From contig CALCKW010000007.1 of assembly GCA_937965695.1 (NCBI GenBank), positions 7,106 through 71,105 on the forward strand: a stretch of DNA of 64,000 nt, given 5' to 3'. This document shows, piece after piece, positions 10,790 through 19,971 of this stretch. The position numbers and the translations under genes were made by a program. Position 1 is the stretch's first letter; every line of letters starts with the position of its first letter. The notes beneath the pieces are model-generated. The model was not told where the DNA came from, searched no databases, and saw only the letters and a program-made list of their open reading frames with translations. The DNA is from an uncultured Granulosicoccaceae bacterium (GTDB lineage: Bacteria; Pseudomonadota; Gammaproteobacteria; CALCKW01).

Positions 10790-12187
10790 TTACCCACGAC
10801 GTCTGCGTTTCGCATCAAACAACACGATGTTGGCAGCAGGCGGAATCTTGAGCGATTGCGGTTCAAACAAATTAAGCTGGGTGTTTACACGCTTTAAATG
10901 CAGCCGGTTGTCGTCGAAGTGGTTTCTAAACATCGCATCGTTGAGATAGTCCACTTTCTTAAGAATTACCGTGCGCTTGCTACCCTCGTATAAAACCGCC
11001 AACTGGTCGCGCTCCAGCTCCAGTAGCATTTCGCCGTCGACATCCCCAAGTAAAGCTGCATAGTCATTGGCCACCCGCATGTTGCCAGGACCAAAGAGCT
11101 GCAAAGTTGCACAATTATTAAGCAACATTTCCCAGTCCTCGGCGTAGTTTTTTCGCAGTTGACTAAGGTCTTGCCAAAGTGTCCAAACCCGGACACCCAG
11201 CCCGCGCAGCATCGACATCGCCATCGGTAAAGTCTCCACACGGCCAATCGTTCCAGCTTCATCGATCAAGAACAGTGTTCGTTCGTCTGGTGCATGCCTA
11301 CGGGTAGCCAGCGCCATTGTCAGCGCACTGATCCAAAGCCGTAAAAGATTTTTGTGGGAGTGTAACTTGTGGCCAGGGACCACAAAATAAATCGTGAGAG
11401 ACTCGCCGTCGATAATGTGTTGCAACGGAAAACTCGAGAGATCCGTCGCCGCTCTTACAGATTCTGAGCCAAACAGCTGAACGTGATGTTGAGCAGACGA
11501 CTGCACTGATGGCCGAGTTGTGCCCTGCGCATGCTGAAGAAAAGCACTGAACTCCTGCTTAGCTAGCTTGCTTTTAACTTCACCACTGTCCAACAGCTGG
11601 ATTAAGAGCTCGCTAAAATCACTGTCATTGAACATATCCCTAAGTTGACTTATACAACACTTCTCTCTGTCACCACAGGTGGCCAGATGCGCGATCATAC
11701 CGGACAAGATCCCTTTGGCGGTTTCACTCCAAAATGCTTCCTTGTGACAAGATTCGTGACCAACAATCTCGTCAGCTAAACTCATCGCCGCATCGTCTAT
11801 CTCAACATCAGGCAAGAAGAGAATATCCATAGGATTAAACCCCGCAGTTACCTGCCCGCAAACCTTCCAAGGGTCGATACAAATCACTCGATGCCCCATC
11901 TCTTGGCGACGGCGCGATGTAATATGATGTAGTTCGCCTTTGGCATCCATCACAATCATCGGGCCGGTGAACTCTAACAATGCAGGCACAGCGGCACCTC
12001 GAGTTTTACCGGATCCAGTAGGTGCGATGGTTATTAAATGCCCTTCACCGCCCACTTCAAGCAATTCAGGTCTTTGAGGCGATTTTTTTTGGAGATCTTG
12101 GGTGAAGCCTAAGCCACCCCCCGTTTGAGGGATAGTCCAGCCGAGGGGGAGTTCGTCAACAACAAAGGGATATTCATTTTCTTGCAC
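10790..12187 (-). CDS. VirD4/TraG-family type IV coupling-protein-like ATPase
   Basis: Walker A 'GHLITIAPTGSGKT', 'DAKGEL', 'FNPMD', 'FW', Walker B 'LFLIDEAG', 'RGLGVRVWTLWQDLSQL'; GTG start at 12187 behind AAGGA is likely. Confidence 0.88.
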   Translation of the reverse strand: MQENEYPFVVDELPLGWTIPQTGGGLGFTQDLQKKSPQRPELLEVGGEGHLITIAPTGSGKTRGAAVPALLEFTGPMIVMDAKGELHHITSRRRQEMGHRVICIDPWKVCGQVTAGFNPMDILFLPDVEIDDAAMSLADEIVGHESCHKEAFWSETAKGILSGMIAHLATCGDREKCCISQLRDMFNDSDFSELLIQLLDSGEVKSKLAKQEFSAFLQHAQGTTRPSVQSSAQHHVQLFGSESVRAATDLSSFPLQHIIDGESLTIYFVVPGHKLHSHKNLLRLWISALTMALATRRHAPDERTLFLIDEAGTIGRVETLPMAMSMLRGLGVRVWTLWQDLSQLRKNYAEDWEMLLNNCATLQLFGPGNMRVANDYAALLGDVDGEMLLELERDQLAVLYEGSKRTVILKKVDYLNDAMFRNHFDDNRLHLKRVNTQLNLFEPQSLKIPPAANIVLFDAKRRRRG

Positions 12188-12908
12188 AGTCGTATTCCTT
12201 ATCGGGTGAGTGAGGATACTTAGTGAATGATGCTGGAGGTGTGAGCAATCGCTGGAGCGCCACCTTTGACGATAAACAGCAAAAGCAAACATCTCTAACT
12301 CAGCAATCACCTACTGCCTTGTGGGCAGGGATCACATCATCACCCTATAAATAATTTAGGCAAGCATTTTTTACCCTTTAAATACAGGTGCGCCCCCGTG
12401 CTTTATCACTTGGTAAGATAAATACATCAAGTATGTTGACTTATAACACTAGATTTAATTACATCTATGGCCCTTTGCGATGATAGAAATTCTGTACAAT
12501 TCAAATCTTTGCTGAACTCTTATGAGAGTTAATGGAGAAAAAGACTATTCTGATAATCTAAGAAATCACAAACATTACATTTTTGTTATATTTGACATTA
12601 GGACACCGCGAGCTTTCTCTTGTAGAAACCCGGAGGCTTTTATATCCAGCTACACGACCTGAGACTCAGATCAAAAAGCCAGAGCTGCAATATAGAAACA
12701 ATGAATTTTCGAAGAATGGATAAAAAGTACTGATGGGACAGTCGCAGCGCTTTCACGACATGTAGTATTACACGGCCTCAGAGAAAATTTACAACAAGAG
12801 AACCAAGCGATCTAAGGAAGTTTTTATGCCCAATGCGCTTGTCGTATTGAAGCATTGCAAGGTCAAAGCAAGAAAGAAAAATCCGGCCTCATTCAAGAGA
12901 TGGGAGTT

Positions 12909-13688
12909 TTATGTCAGCTGTTGTCGATGTTGTTTTACCCAGCTACGCACTTGCCCCAGCAGGTTTTCAGCAGCATAACGTCCAGCAATACCTTCAGCCA
13001 GTTGATGAGTCACCCCTTGACGGCGAAACACCAAGGAATAATATTCGTGGCCTTTCTCATCGTAGCCCAGTGTCTCTGAAGTGCGCTTAGTGAATATGCG
13101 TTCCGCTTCTGGCAATTCGACACTTTGCTGATACAGCGGTTTATCAAAAAAACTGCGTCTGACTCGGACCTCGTCATCAGCCATATAAACCTCTAAACGA
13201 AGACCCCAAGACCAGAAACCCAACCAGAGAAAAATAAGACCCGCGGCGCTAGATAGCCCACCGAAAAGCCAAAACAACGACCCTGCAACAACAGCATAGT
13301 TGAAGAAATAGACCCCACTTCCTAACAACATCAACCCCATAAAGAGCATGCACAACGATGAAGATAGAAGCCAGCCAGACCGGCTAACCAATTGGAGCGA
13401 ATGGCGGTCGCTGTCCAATGAGATTCGTTCAACTGCAACAGACTCTGTCCTAGCTGACGATTGGACCTCGCATGCTGCACTACACCGCTCTGATGTGGCG
13501 GTTGGATGACTCTTGAAAGCAGATTCAAAATGACGCCAGAGTTGCCGGATCACTCTATTTGAATCACCGATAACGGTGTTAACTGACAAACCGGCAGCTA
13601 AGCCCGCCACAATTTTAGATTTTGACTTCAGCCCATATTGAAGCTTTGTCGCCCAGTTTCCAGTCATGCAAATGCTCTCGTGATCCAA
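12909..13688 (-). CDS. Membrane protein, paralogue of the C-terminal region of 15037-16806 (possibly truncated)
   Basis: Aligns by eye with the larger protein: ISLDSD..LQLVSRSG, WSWGLRLEV, RSFFDKPLYQ, EYYSLV, IAGRYAAENLL. Confidence 0.65.
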   Translation of the reverse strand: MDHESICMTGNWATKLQYGLKSKSKIVAGLAAGLSVNTVIGDSNRVIRQLWRHFESAFKSHPTATSERCSAACEVQSSARTESVAVERISLDSDRHSLQLVSRSGWLLSSSLCMLFMGLMLLGSGVYFFNYAVVAGSLFWLFGGLSSAAGLIFLWLGFWSWGLRLEVYMADDEVRVRRSFFDKPLYQQSVELPEAERIFTKRTSETLGYDEKGHEYYSLVFRRQGVTHQLAEGIAGRYAAENLLGQVRSWVKQHRQQLT

Positions 13689-13753
13689 ATCATTCTTGGA
13701 AACACTATCAGCTCAAAACATGCCACTAGTTTCATAGTTCAGCGAAAATTCTA

Positions 13754-14389
13754 TCAATCCAGCAAGCTACTCCAATCTAGTGGGCTATTGAACCAATACT
13801 CAGGCGAGTTGGCTTGTAACTCAGACCGAGAGCCATGACCCCAAAGCACTGCACCTGCAGCGATACCATTTTTGTGCGCTGCTTGTAAATCGACACCGCG
13901 ATCACCAATCATTAAGGCATTCCTGTCGATCCCACCCGCGGTGAGCAACGCTTCAATTTGCATCCACTTACGTACTCCAATACCTCCACCACTGACAAAT
14001 TCAAAGAAGTGCTGGAGATCAAACAGCTGTAGAACCATTCTCGCTGTGCGTTCAGGCTTTGAGGTGCACACCGCCAGTCGCTGACCATGCTGCTTAAGCA
14101 GCTCCAAGCTTTCTCTGATTTCCGGGTAGAGCGTATTTTCCTTGAAACCCACGTCTAAATAGCGTTCGCGGTACTTGGCAACCATCGACGCAATTAACGC
14201 CGTATCACTGCTCCCTATCAAGTCACCAAGGCTCTCTTCTAGGGGTGGCCCAATGTAGACAGACAGATCCGCTTCATTCCGTGGATTAAACCCATAGAAT
14301 TCAAGCGCAAAGTTGAATGAACGGGCAATTCCCACTAAGGGATCACTCAGCGTTCCATCTAAGTCAAAGAGCAGGGTATTGAAGGCCAC
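13754..14389 (-). CDS. HAD-IA family hydrolase (phosphoglycolate phosphatase / 5'-nucleotidase-like)
   Basis: 'LLFDLDGTLSD', 'CTSK', 'MIGDRGVD'. Confidence 0.92.
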   Translation of the reverse strand: MAFNTLLFDLDGTLSDPLVGIARSFNFALEFYGFNPRNEADLSVYIGPPLEESLGDLIGSSDTALIASMVAKYRERYLDVGFKENTLYPEIRESLELLKQHGQRLAVCTSKPERTARMVLQLFDLQHFFEFVSGGGIGVRKWMQIEALLTAGGIDRNALMIGDRGVDLQAAHKNGIAAGAVLWGHGSRSELQANSPEYWFNSPLDWSSLLD

Positions 14390-14419
14390 TATAGAATTTG
14401 GCCCGTGAGGATTGTCTGA

Positions 14420-14857
14420 CTATTCATCCGGTTGCCGAGAACCAGCTATAGCAATAACTCCCGTGTCAGGCCACTCGCCATAACTGTTCATTTGGCGCGT
14501 GGGTTCGTCCCAACTTGCACGGTGATCCATGAAAATATGCGCAGAAGGTGATTGCTCAAAATCTGAATCTAACGAACCTAGCCGGACTCGAACAAAAGGT
14601 GGATCATCACCCACCTTGGTAAACAGGGGGCTGCCACAACTTTTACAAAAGTGCCGTCGTTTTCCGGGCGATGATTCGTAAATACCAATATTGTCTTCAC
14701 CGTGTTGAATCTGCAACTCACTTGTCGGCACAGAAATGTTGGCGCCAAAAGCACTGCCCGAGGCTTTTCGACAACTGCGGCAGTGGCAGTAGACAAAATC
14801 ACCGACAGAGCGCGGGAAACTAAACTGAACCGCTTTACACAAACAAGAAGCTTCCAT
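14420..14857 (-). CDS. GFA / CENP-V family zinc protein
   Basis: 'CLC', 'CHCRSCRK', 'RHFCKSCGSPL'. Confidence 0.92.
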   Translation of the reverse strand: MEASCLCKAVQFSFPRSVGDFVYCHCRSCRKASGSAFGANISVPTSELQIQHGEDNIGIYESSPGKRRHFCKSCGSPLFTKVGDDPPFVRVRLGSLDSDFEQSPSAHIFMDHRASWDEPTRQMNSYGEWPDTGVIAIAGSRQPDE

Positions 14858-15036
14858 CGCATTGACTCACTCGTGGAGAAACCAGAGCACCAGCTTGCCA
14901 TAGACGGACTAGCCATGAAACACAATGGCGACATAGAGTGCCTAGACAACAGACTGGGCGGATCTGCCGTTTCTCCGAATTGTGCGAGCGCCCTTAAGCT
15001 TAACCGCACCTTGCCACACCACTTCGTTGTGGAGGA

Positions 15037-16806
15037 TCACACGGTGTCCGCTTCACGGTCAGGTTCGCGTGAATGCTGAGACCGTATCCATGCTTGGATT
15101 TCTGCTAAAAGCGCTTCAGCTGCATGGCGGCCTTCTATGCTTTCAGCAATTTTTTGCTTTTTGCCGTTGGCGTGTGAAACCAAGGCGAAGTATTCTACGG
15201 TCTTCTGACCTGAAGCGGTTGAAGTCATGATGCTTTTGGCTTGTATGTCATCGGCACCAGGCAAGGGCAAAGTACGCTGGTACAACGCTTTGCCAAACAA
15301 ACTGCGAACAAGCCACAACTCGTCTGCCTGCATAACAACTTCAAGTTTCCGGCCCCATGACCAAATACCACCCCAAACGATCAACGATCCAATTAAACTA
15401 AAAACAATACCGATAAACCAACTTCCGGAGTCGCCAACCCAGGCAAAGTACACTAGAGCAAATCCGATCGAAGCAAAGATTCCGCCTATACCGCTGAACA
15501 CAAGCGCATTGGATGTGTTACGACCAGATCGACTGATTAGCTGCAGTGCATCAGAATCGCTGATTAGTGAGATCTGCTCGTTGGCGCTGGATTTAGCATC
15601 TGCTTGTTTTCGTTCTTTTGCTTGTGCTCTAAAAGTGGCTGAACCAATATCCGCTGTTTTAGCGACACCTTGAATCACCGGCACTTCCCAAGTGCGTTTG
15701 AAAGGCTGGCTATCGCCGTTGACAGAGAACTCTCCTTCGGCACGCAGCAACCACTGTATTTTGGTGCGACCTTCAACATCTGTCGCAGGCAGTTCATTGG
15801 GCACATCAAAACAAAAAGTGTGCTTACTTCCAGCCGCGCCTCTCTCCGCAAATGCTTGTTGATGATCCTGCCAGATTAAGCTGCGATGCGAAGACTTACG
15901 ACCACGGGTGATTTTTACACACTCGAGGTGCACCATAAGCACTTGGTTTGAGCTGTCAGCCGAAACGTCAAAAGAACCACCAACCTGCCCGCCAGCACAA
16001 CCGGGCAAAGGGTCCGCCTTTAGCAGAGCAGGGCCAAAAAGCCGTAGATTTTTTACTGTTTTAAATCCGTGGTATAAAAAGCCTAAGCCGATTAAAGGAA
16101 CCATCAAAACAAACAAAATCGCATGTTTACCTTTTGCAACTTCAGCTGGCATCAGCATAAGTAAAGGCACAGAAACCAGCAAAATAAACGCTGCGATAAA
16201 GAAAAAAACCTTGCCGATAAAACCTTCTTGAGGCTTTATACCCTCAGCAAATTGCTCCAACGGCTGCGGATGAATTGTTTTACGTGTAGAAAGCCACATC
16301 ACACCGCAACCAGCGCCACCAAAGATCAGCAAGAACACGACGCCGATGATCGCTTTAAACCAACGAAAGCTTCGGTCTAGCAGAGCTTCTTGGGGATCAC
16401 TCGGATTTACCCATGCTTGCAATTCAGATCGACTCGATTTATTGCGAACTTGTGATTCCAACTGGCGCCAGTAGTCTTCATCACTGTCAAAACTGTCGTC
16501 AAGAGTAATTTGGGAACCCACGTACTGAGCACCCCGAAACTGATAACTGTAAGAGGCTCTGAGGCTATAGACCCGAGTTGTTTTACCATCACTGCGATGC
16601 AGCTCACTGTCGCGCTGGATCGACATCAAAGAGGTCGGCACCGCTTGCCATGATGCACTGCCAAAATAACCGACGACTTGAGGTCCAGAGATAAACACGC
16701 AGGCCAGCAAGCCCGCCAAAACGAAGATAGCGCCGAAAATAACACCACCATTTAACCAAGAACGTTTAGCTTTCGAGCTCTGCTGATCCATTACACCGCG
16801 CCTCAT
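15037..16806 (-). CDS. DUF3592-like multi-pass membrane protein
   Basis: TM helix then 'ASWQAVP...YSYQFRGAQYVG...AWVNPSDPQEALLDR' (DUF3592-like), further TM pairs and an arrestin/SpoOM-like beta region. Confidence 0.72.
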   Translation of the reverse strand: MRRGVMDQQSSKAKRSWLNGGVIFGAIFVLAGLLACVFISGPQVVGYFGSASWQAVPTSLMSIQRDSELHRSDGKTTRVYSLRASYSYQFRGAQYVGSQITLDDSFDSDEDYWRQLESQVRNKSSRSELQAWVNPSDPQEALLDRSFRWFKAIIGVVFLLIFGGAGCGVMWLSTRKTIHPQPLEQFAEGIKPQEGFIGKVFFFIAAFILLVSVPLLMLMPAEVAKGKHAILFVLMVPLIGLGFLYHGFKTVKNLRLFGPALLKADPLPGCAGGQVGGSFDVSADSSNQVLMVHLECVKITRGRKSSHRSLIWQDHQQAFAERGAAGSKHTFCFDVPNELPATDVEGRTKIQWLLRAEGEFSVNGDSQPFKRTWEVPVIQGVAKTADIGSATFRAQAKERKQADAKSSANEQISLISDSDALQLISRSGRNTSNALVFSGIGGIFASIGFALVYFAWVGDSGSWFIGIVFSLIGSLIVWGGIWSWGRKLEVVMQADELWLVRSLFGKALYQRTLPLPGADDIQAKSIMTSTASGQKTVEYFALVSHANGKKQKIAESIEGRHAAEALLAEIQAWIRSQHSREPDREADTV

Positions 16807-16911
16807 GACGATAAGTCTGATGCGCAGTTAATAGCGGTATTCGTGCCTATCGAACCCACGCTGTCCGTTAAAAGCTGTCATGTTGGTCACCTCATGCAAC
16901 CAGTAAATCTT

Positions 16912-17005
16912 CTAGGGAGCTTCAGATTTAGTTCGGTCAGTGACTTTGGTGTGAAAAATTTGGACCCAGCAAGGCGCTAACATGACTTGATCTGAGGTTC
17001 CCTAG
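16912..17005. mobile_element. MITE-like element, internally deleted copy (94 bp)
   Basis: Terminal inverted repeat ctagggagcttcagat / atctgaggttccctag (14/16 complementary); shares 'cggtcagtgac...aaaaa..tgg.cccagcaaggcgc' with 5723-5891. Confidence 0.72.
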
Positions 17006-17046
17006 TATCTCCACCAAAAAGCTACTGCGTTATCTAAGGCCGCGTT

Positions 17047-18465
17047 TCAACCCCTCTCTGAGTGCCTCTGCAGCAAAGTCCACAGGGCTTCTAGGTGTTC
17101 TCGTTCGGTGGCTTCCACCCCAACAGATACCCGCACCATCCAGTTACCGCCCAACATACTCGGTGACATAAAGGCTTCGCCACTGTCGTTGATTTCACCC
17201 ACCCAGCGCAGCGTGTGCCTATCCAGCGCCTCACCCGATAGCTTTCCGCCAGGGTTATGCCGAATGGCCAGAGTTTGCAGTGTCAACGGGGTAAGCATTT
17301 CCCAATCTGGATGTGCTGCCACTTGATCGGCAAGCCAACGGGCATTTTGCAAATCGCGTCGCAATCTCTTGCGCAGCGCGTCAGGACCATCCAGCGCAAG
17401 ATGAAACCAGAGCTTCAAGGCACGAAAGCGACGACCCAAAGGAATGCCCCAATCACGATACTGAGTGACTTCTCCGTCAGTACTGCCACGTAAGTAGCTT
17501 GGATTTGTGGACAACACTTGCTGCAAATGATCGGTGTCACGGACGTAAAAAAGAGAGCAGTCGAGTATAGTGCCCAGCCATTTGTGCGGGTTCCAAGCCA
17601 TCGAATCAGCACGCTCAACGCCTTGCCACAGGTGTCGGCACTCGGGCAATAACATGGCGCTGCCCGCCATGGCCGCATCAACATGCAACCAGATATTTTG
17701 CTCTGCACAAACATCGGCAATCTCATCAATAGAATCAAATGCCGTGACTGCAGTAGAGCCTGAGCAGGCGACGACGCAAGCAGGGGTCATGCCTGCTGTA
17801 GTGTCTTCACGTATGCAACGAGCCAAAGCTGAGACGTCCATCGCATGGGTTTGCGGATCAACGTCCACCATCACCAAGTTTGAATCACCTATGCCCGCCA
17901 TTTGCACGGCCTTAGCGACAGACGAATGTGCCTGTGCTGTGGTGTATACCCGCAAGGGCGATTTGAGTGCCTGCAATCCCCCTGCGTTTTTGCACAGTTT
18001 GCTGGCGCGCTCGCGCGCGAGCAATATACCCACCAGACAAGCCGAAGAAGCCGTGTCGTGAATGGTGCCCTGCCATTGCTCCGACAGTCCAGTAAGCTCG
18101 CGCATCCAGTCGCAGGTGACTTCTTCTACTTCCGTTAGCGCCGGGCAACTCTCCCAGCTGATGCCAAGTGTGCCCATACCGGCGCAGGCGATGTCTCCCA
18201 ATACCGAAGCGGGACTTGCATTTGAAGGGAACCAGCCATAGTGCATAGGGTGCTGTACTTGTGTCACACCCGGCACCACCACGGTATCGAGCGCTTGCAG
18301 CAGACTTTGCATAGATTGCGGCTGGTCGGGCAACGGTGGCATATTCTTGCTGACCTCACCCGGGCCAACTTGCGCAAGCACCGGTCGCTCTGGAACGGAT
18401 AGGCGGTAGTCTGCAATCCAGTCTATAAGCTGGTGGCCTGCTTCGCGAAAGCTCTCGTTGTCCAC
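17047..18465 (-). CDS. Aromatic-L-amino-acid decarboxylase (group II PLP-dependent)
   Basis: 'FREAGHQLIDWIADY', 'HPMHYGWFP', 'AHSSVAKA', 'WLHVDAA', PLP lysine in 'NPHKW', 'LGRRFRALKLWF'. Confidence 0.92.
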   Translation of the reverse strand: MDNESFREAGHQLIDWIADYRLSVPERPVLAQVGPGEVSKNMPPLPDQPQSMQSLLQALDTVVVPGVTQVQHPMHYGWFPSNASPASVLGDIACAGMGTLGISWESCPALTEVEEVTCDWMRELTGLSEQWQGTIHDTASSACLVGILLARERASKLCKNAGGLQALKSPLRVYTTAQAHSSVAKAVQMAGIGDSNLVMVDVDPQTHAMDVSALARCIREDTTAGMTPACVVACSGSTAVTAFDSIDEIADVCAEQNIWLHVDAAMAGSAMLLPECRHLWQGVERADSMAWNPHKWLGTILDCSLFYVRDTDHLQQVLSTNPSYLRGSTDGEVTQYRDWGIPLGRRFRALKLWFHLALDGPDALRKRLRRDLQNARWLADQVAAHPDWEMLTPLTLQTLAIRHNPGGKLSGEALDRHTLRWVGEINDSGEAFMSPSMLGGNWMVRVSVGVEATEREHLEALWTLLQRHSERG

Positions 18466-18603
18466 GCAAGTCTCCTCAATAAGGTGGTTCCCCTACAATT
18501 TAACACGTTAAGGACTTTTGGAAAACCTGCCAAATACTTCCGTATACGAGGCCGCAAACGCTCGCAGCTCAAGCAACATCTGCAAAGTTGGCTAGCTCGA
18601 GGT

Positions 18604-19845
18604 CTAAAACTTACTCAGATTAAACGGTGCAGCATCAGTCAGCATCAGAGAATCGAGTTGCCGCACTGCGTCAACAGGGCCAGTGATTTCGCCCAGTTGG
18701 TGTAATCGGACGACACGCGTATTACCCAAGACAAAAGCAGCTAATTGCTCTGGACCAAATTGCAGCACCTGCTGACTATCTGTCTCAAGGCGTTCGACAG
18801 AGATTCCAGACGTTGTCACCACCAGCTGGAAACGCCCAGAAAATTCAGGCAGCATCGGATCGTGGTAGTCAAAGCTAATGTCACCCGTCCCGTTGTATTG
18901 TCGTTGACGCAATAGTCGTGGCATGTCCAAAACCCGCAACCACAGCATATCCGTGCGACTGACTTGCACGAGTTGGCGCGGGTCTGTCATGAAGTTTCTT
19001 ATGATTGGATCGATCGGTGCCAGCTGCCAGCGTAGTTCGCGCACCCATGCGATCTTGCACAAGTACTGAAACATCGCTTGCTCCGCAGTTGCATTAAGAG
19101 CAACAAGCTCCCGCAACACGAGCTGGCAGCGCTGCAAACCATCGACCACACCGCTGCTGTGAGACTGCTGAATAACCACATACAATGCATAGGCATCCGC
19201 TATGCCATCTACATCGTAGTGAACCGCAACAAACTGTGGGCCACCGCCGAGCCAGCTGCGTTTACCCGAACAAATGATTTGCTGCCACCACCCTGCACTG
19301 CGCTGTATTTCCCCGGCCAGACTTTGTGCCTGATGTATCTGCGCGCAAACAGCCCTGCCTTCTTCTTCACCACTGATTAGCCGTACTTTGCCTCGCTGCT
19401 GCAAGGGAGCTCTCAATGAAAAATTTGCCGTCTCTAAACGGTACTCTGCCATCTCGGTAGAAACGCCGTAGCCAAACCGCCCGTACAAACCTGACTCTGA
19501 GGCCATCAGACCTGAAACCACGTCTCCCTGTTCTAAGCAATTGTGTAAGTGAGCTTCGATCAATAAGCGCAAGCCACCCGCGCCTTGCTCACTGGCGACA
19601 ATGCCAACACCCGCCAGTCCAGCTGCTGGCACAAAGCTCCCTCCAGGCAACGCCAGAGGAAACTGATAAGCCAGACAACCGCCAACGATGTCGCCCTCTC
19701 TTGCCAATGCAATACGATGTGCTTGAGGTCTTAGGTAATCTCGCGCCTGATCGTCGTCCTCGCAGACGCCAAAGGCGAACATAATGGCGTCACGGGTAGC
19801 GGGCCATTGAGACTCATCGGGTTGAAACACTCGCAACTGTGGCAT
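18604..19845 (-). CDS. Eis-family GNAT acetyltransferase (two GNAT domains plus SCP2)
   Basis: 'AGLAGVGI', 'LMASESGLYGRFGYG', 'LWLRVLDMPRLL', SCP2-like C-terminus ending in F. Confidence 0.87.
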   Translation of the reverse strand: MPQLRVFQPDESQWPATRDAIMFAFGVCEDDDQARDYLRPQAHRIALAREGDIVGGCLAYQFPLALPGGSFVPAAGLAGVGIVASEQGAGGLRLLIEAHLHNCLEQGDVVSGLMASESGLYGRFGYGVSTEMAEYRLETANFSLRAPLQQRGKVRLISGEEEGRAVCAQIHQAQSLAGEIQRSAGWWQQIICSGKRSWLGGGPQFVAVHYDVDGIADAYALYVVIQQSHSSGVVDGLQRCQLVLRELVALNATAEQAMFQYLCKIAWVRELRWQLAPIDPIIRNFMTDPRQLVQVSRTDMLWLRVLDMPRLLRQRQYNGTGDISFDYHDPMLPEFSGRFQLVVTTSGISVERLETDSQQVLQFGPEQLAAFVLGNTRVVRLHQLGEITGPVDAVRQLDSLMLTDAAPFNLSKF

Positions 19846-19873
19846 GGGGTGACATATCCTTGTACACATTGAT

Positions 19874-19890
19874 CTAGGAAGCTTCAGATT
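19874..19890. repeat. Isolated end of the MITE-like element
   Basis: ctaggaagcttcagatt matches 16/17 to the left end at 16912; embedded in a ttgatctag...ctagatcaa hairpin. Confidence 0.5.
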
Positions 19891-19971
19891 AAAACTAGAT
19901 CAACACAGCGTGCAACGTTTTCGTTTGAATCAACCAAATGGAACGGCGATGACTTTTTAACTGAACATCAA

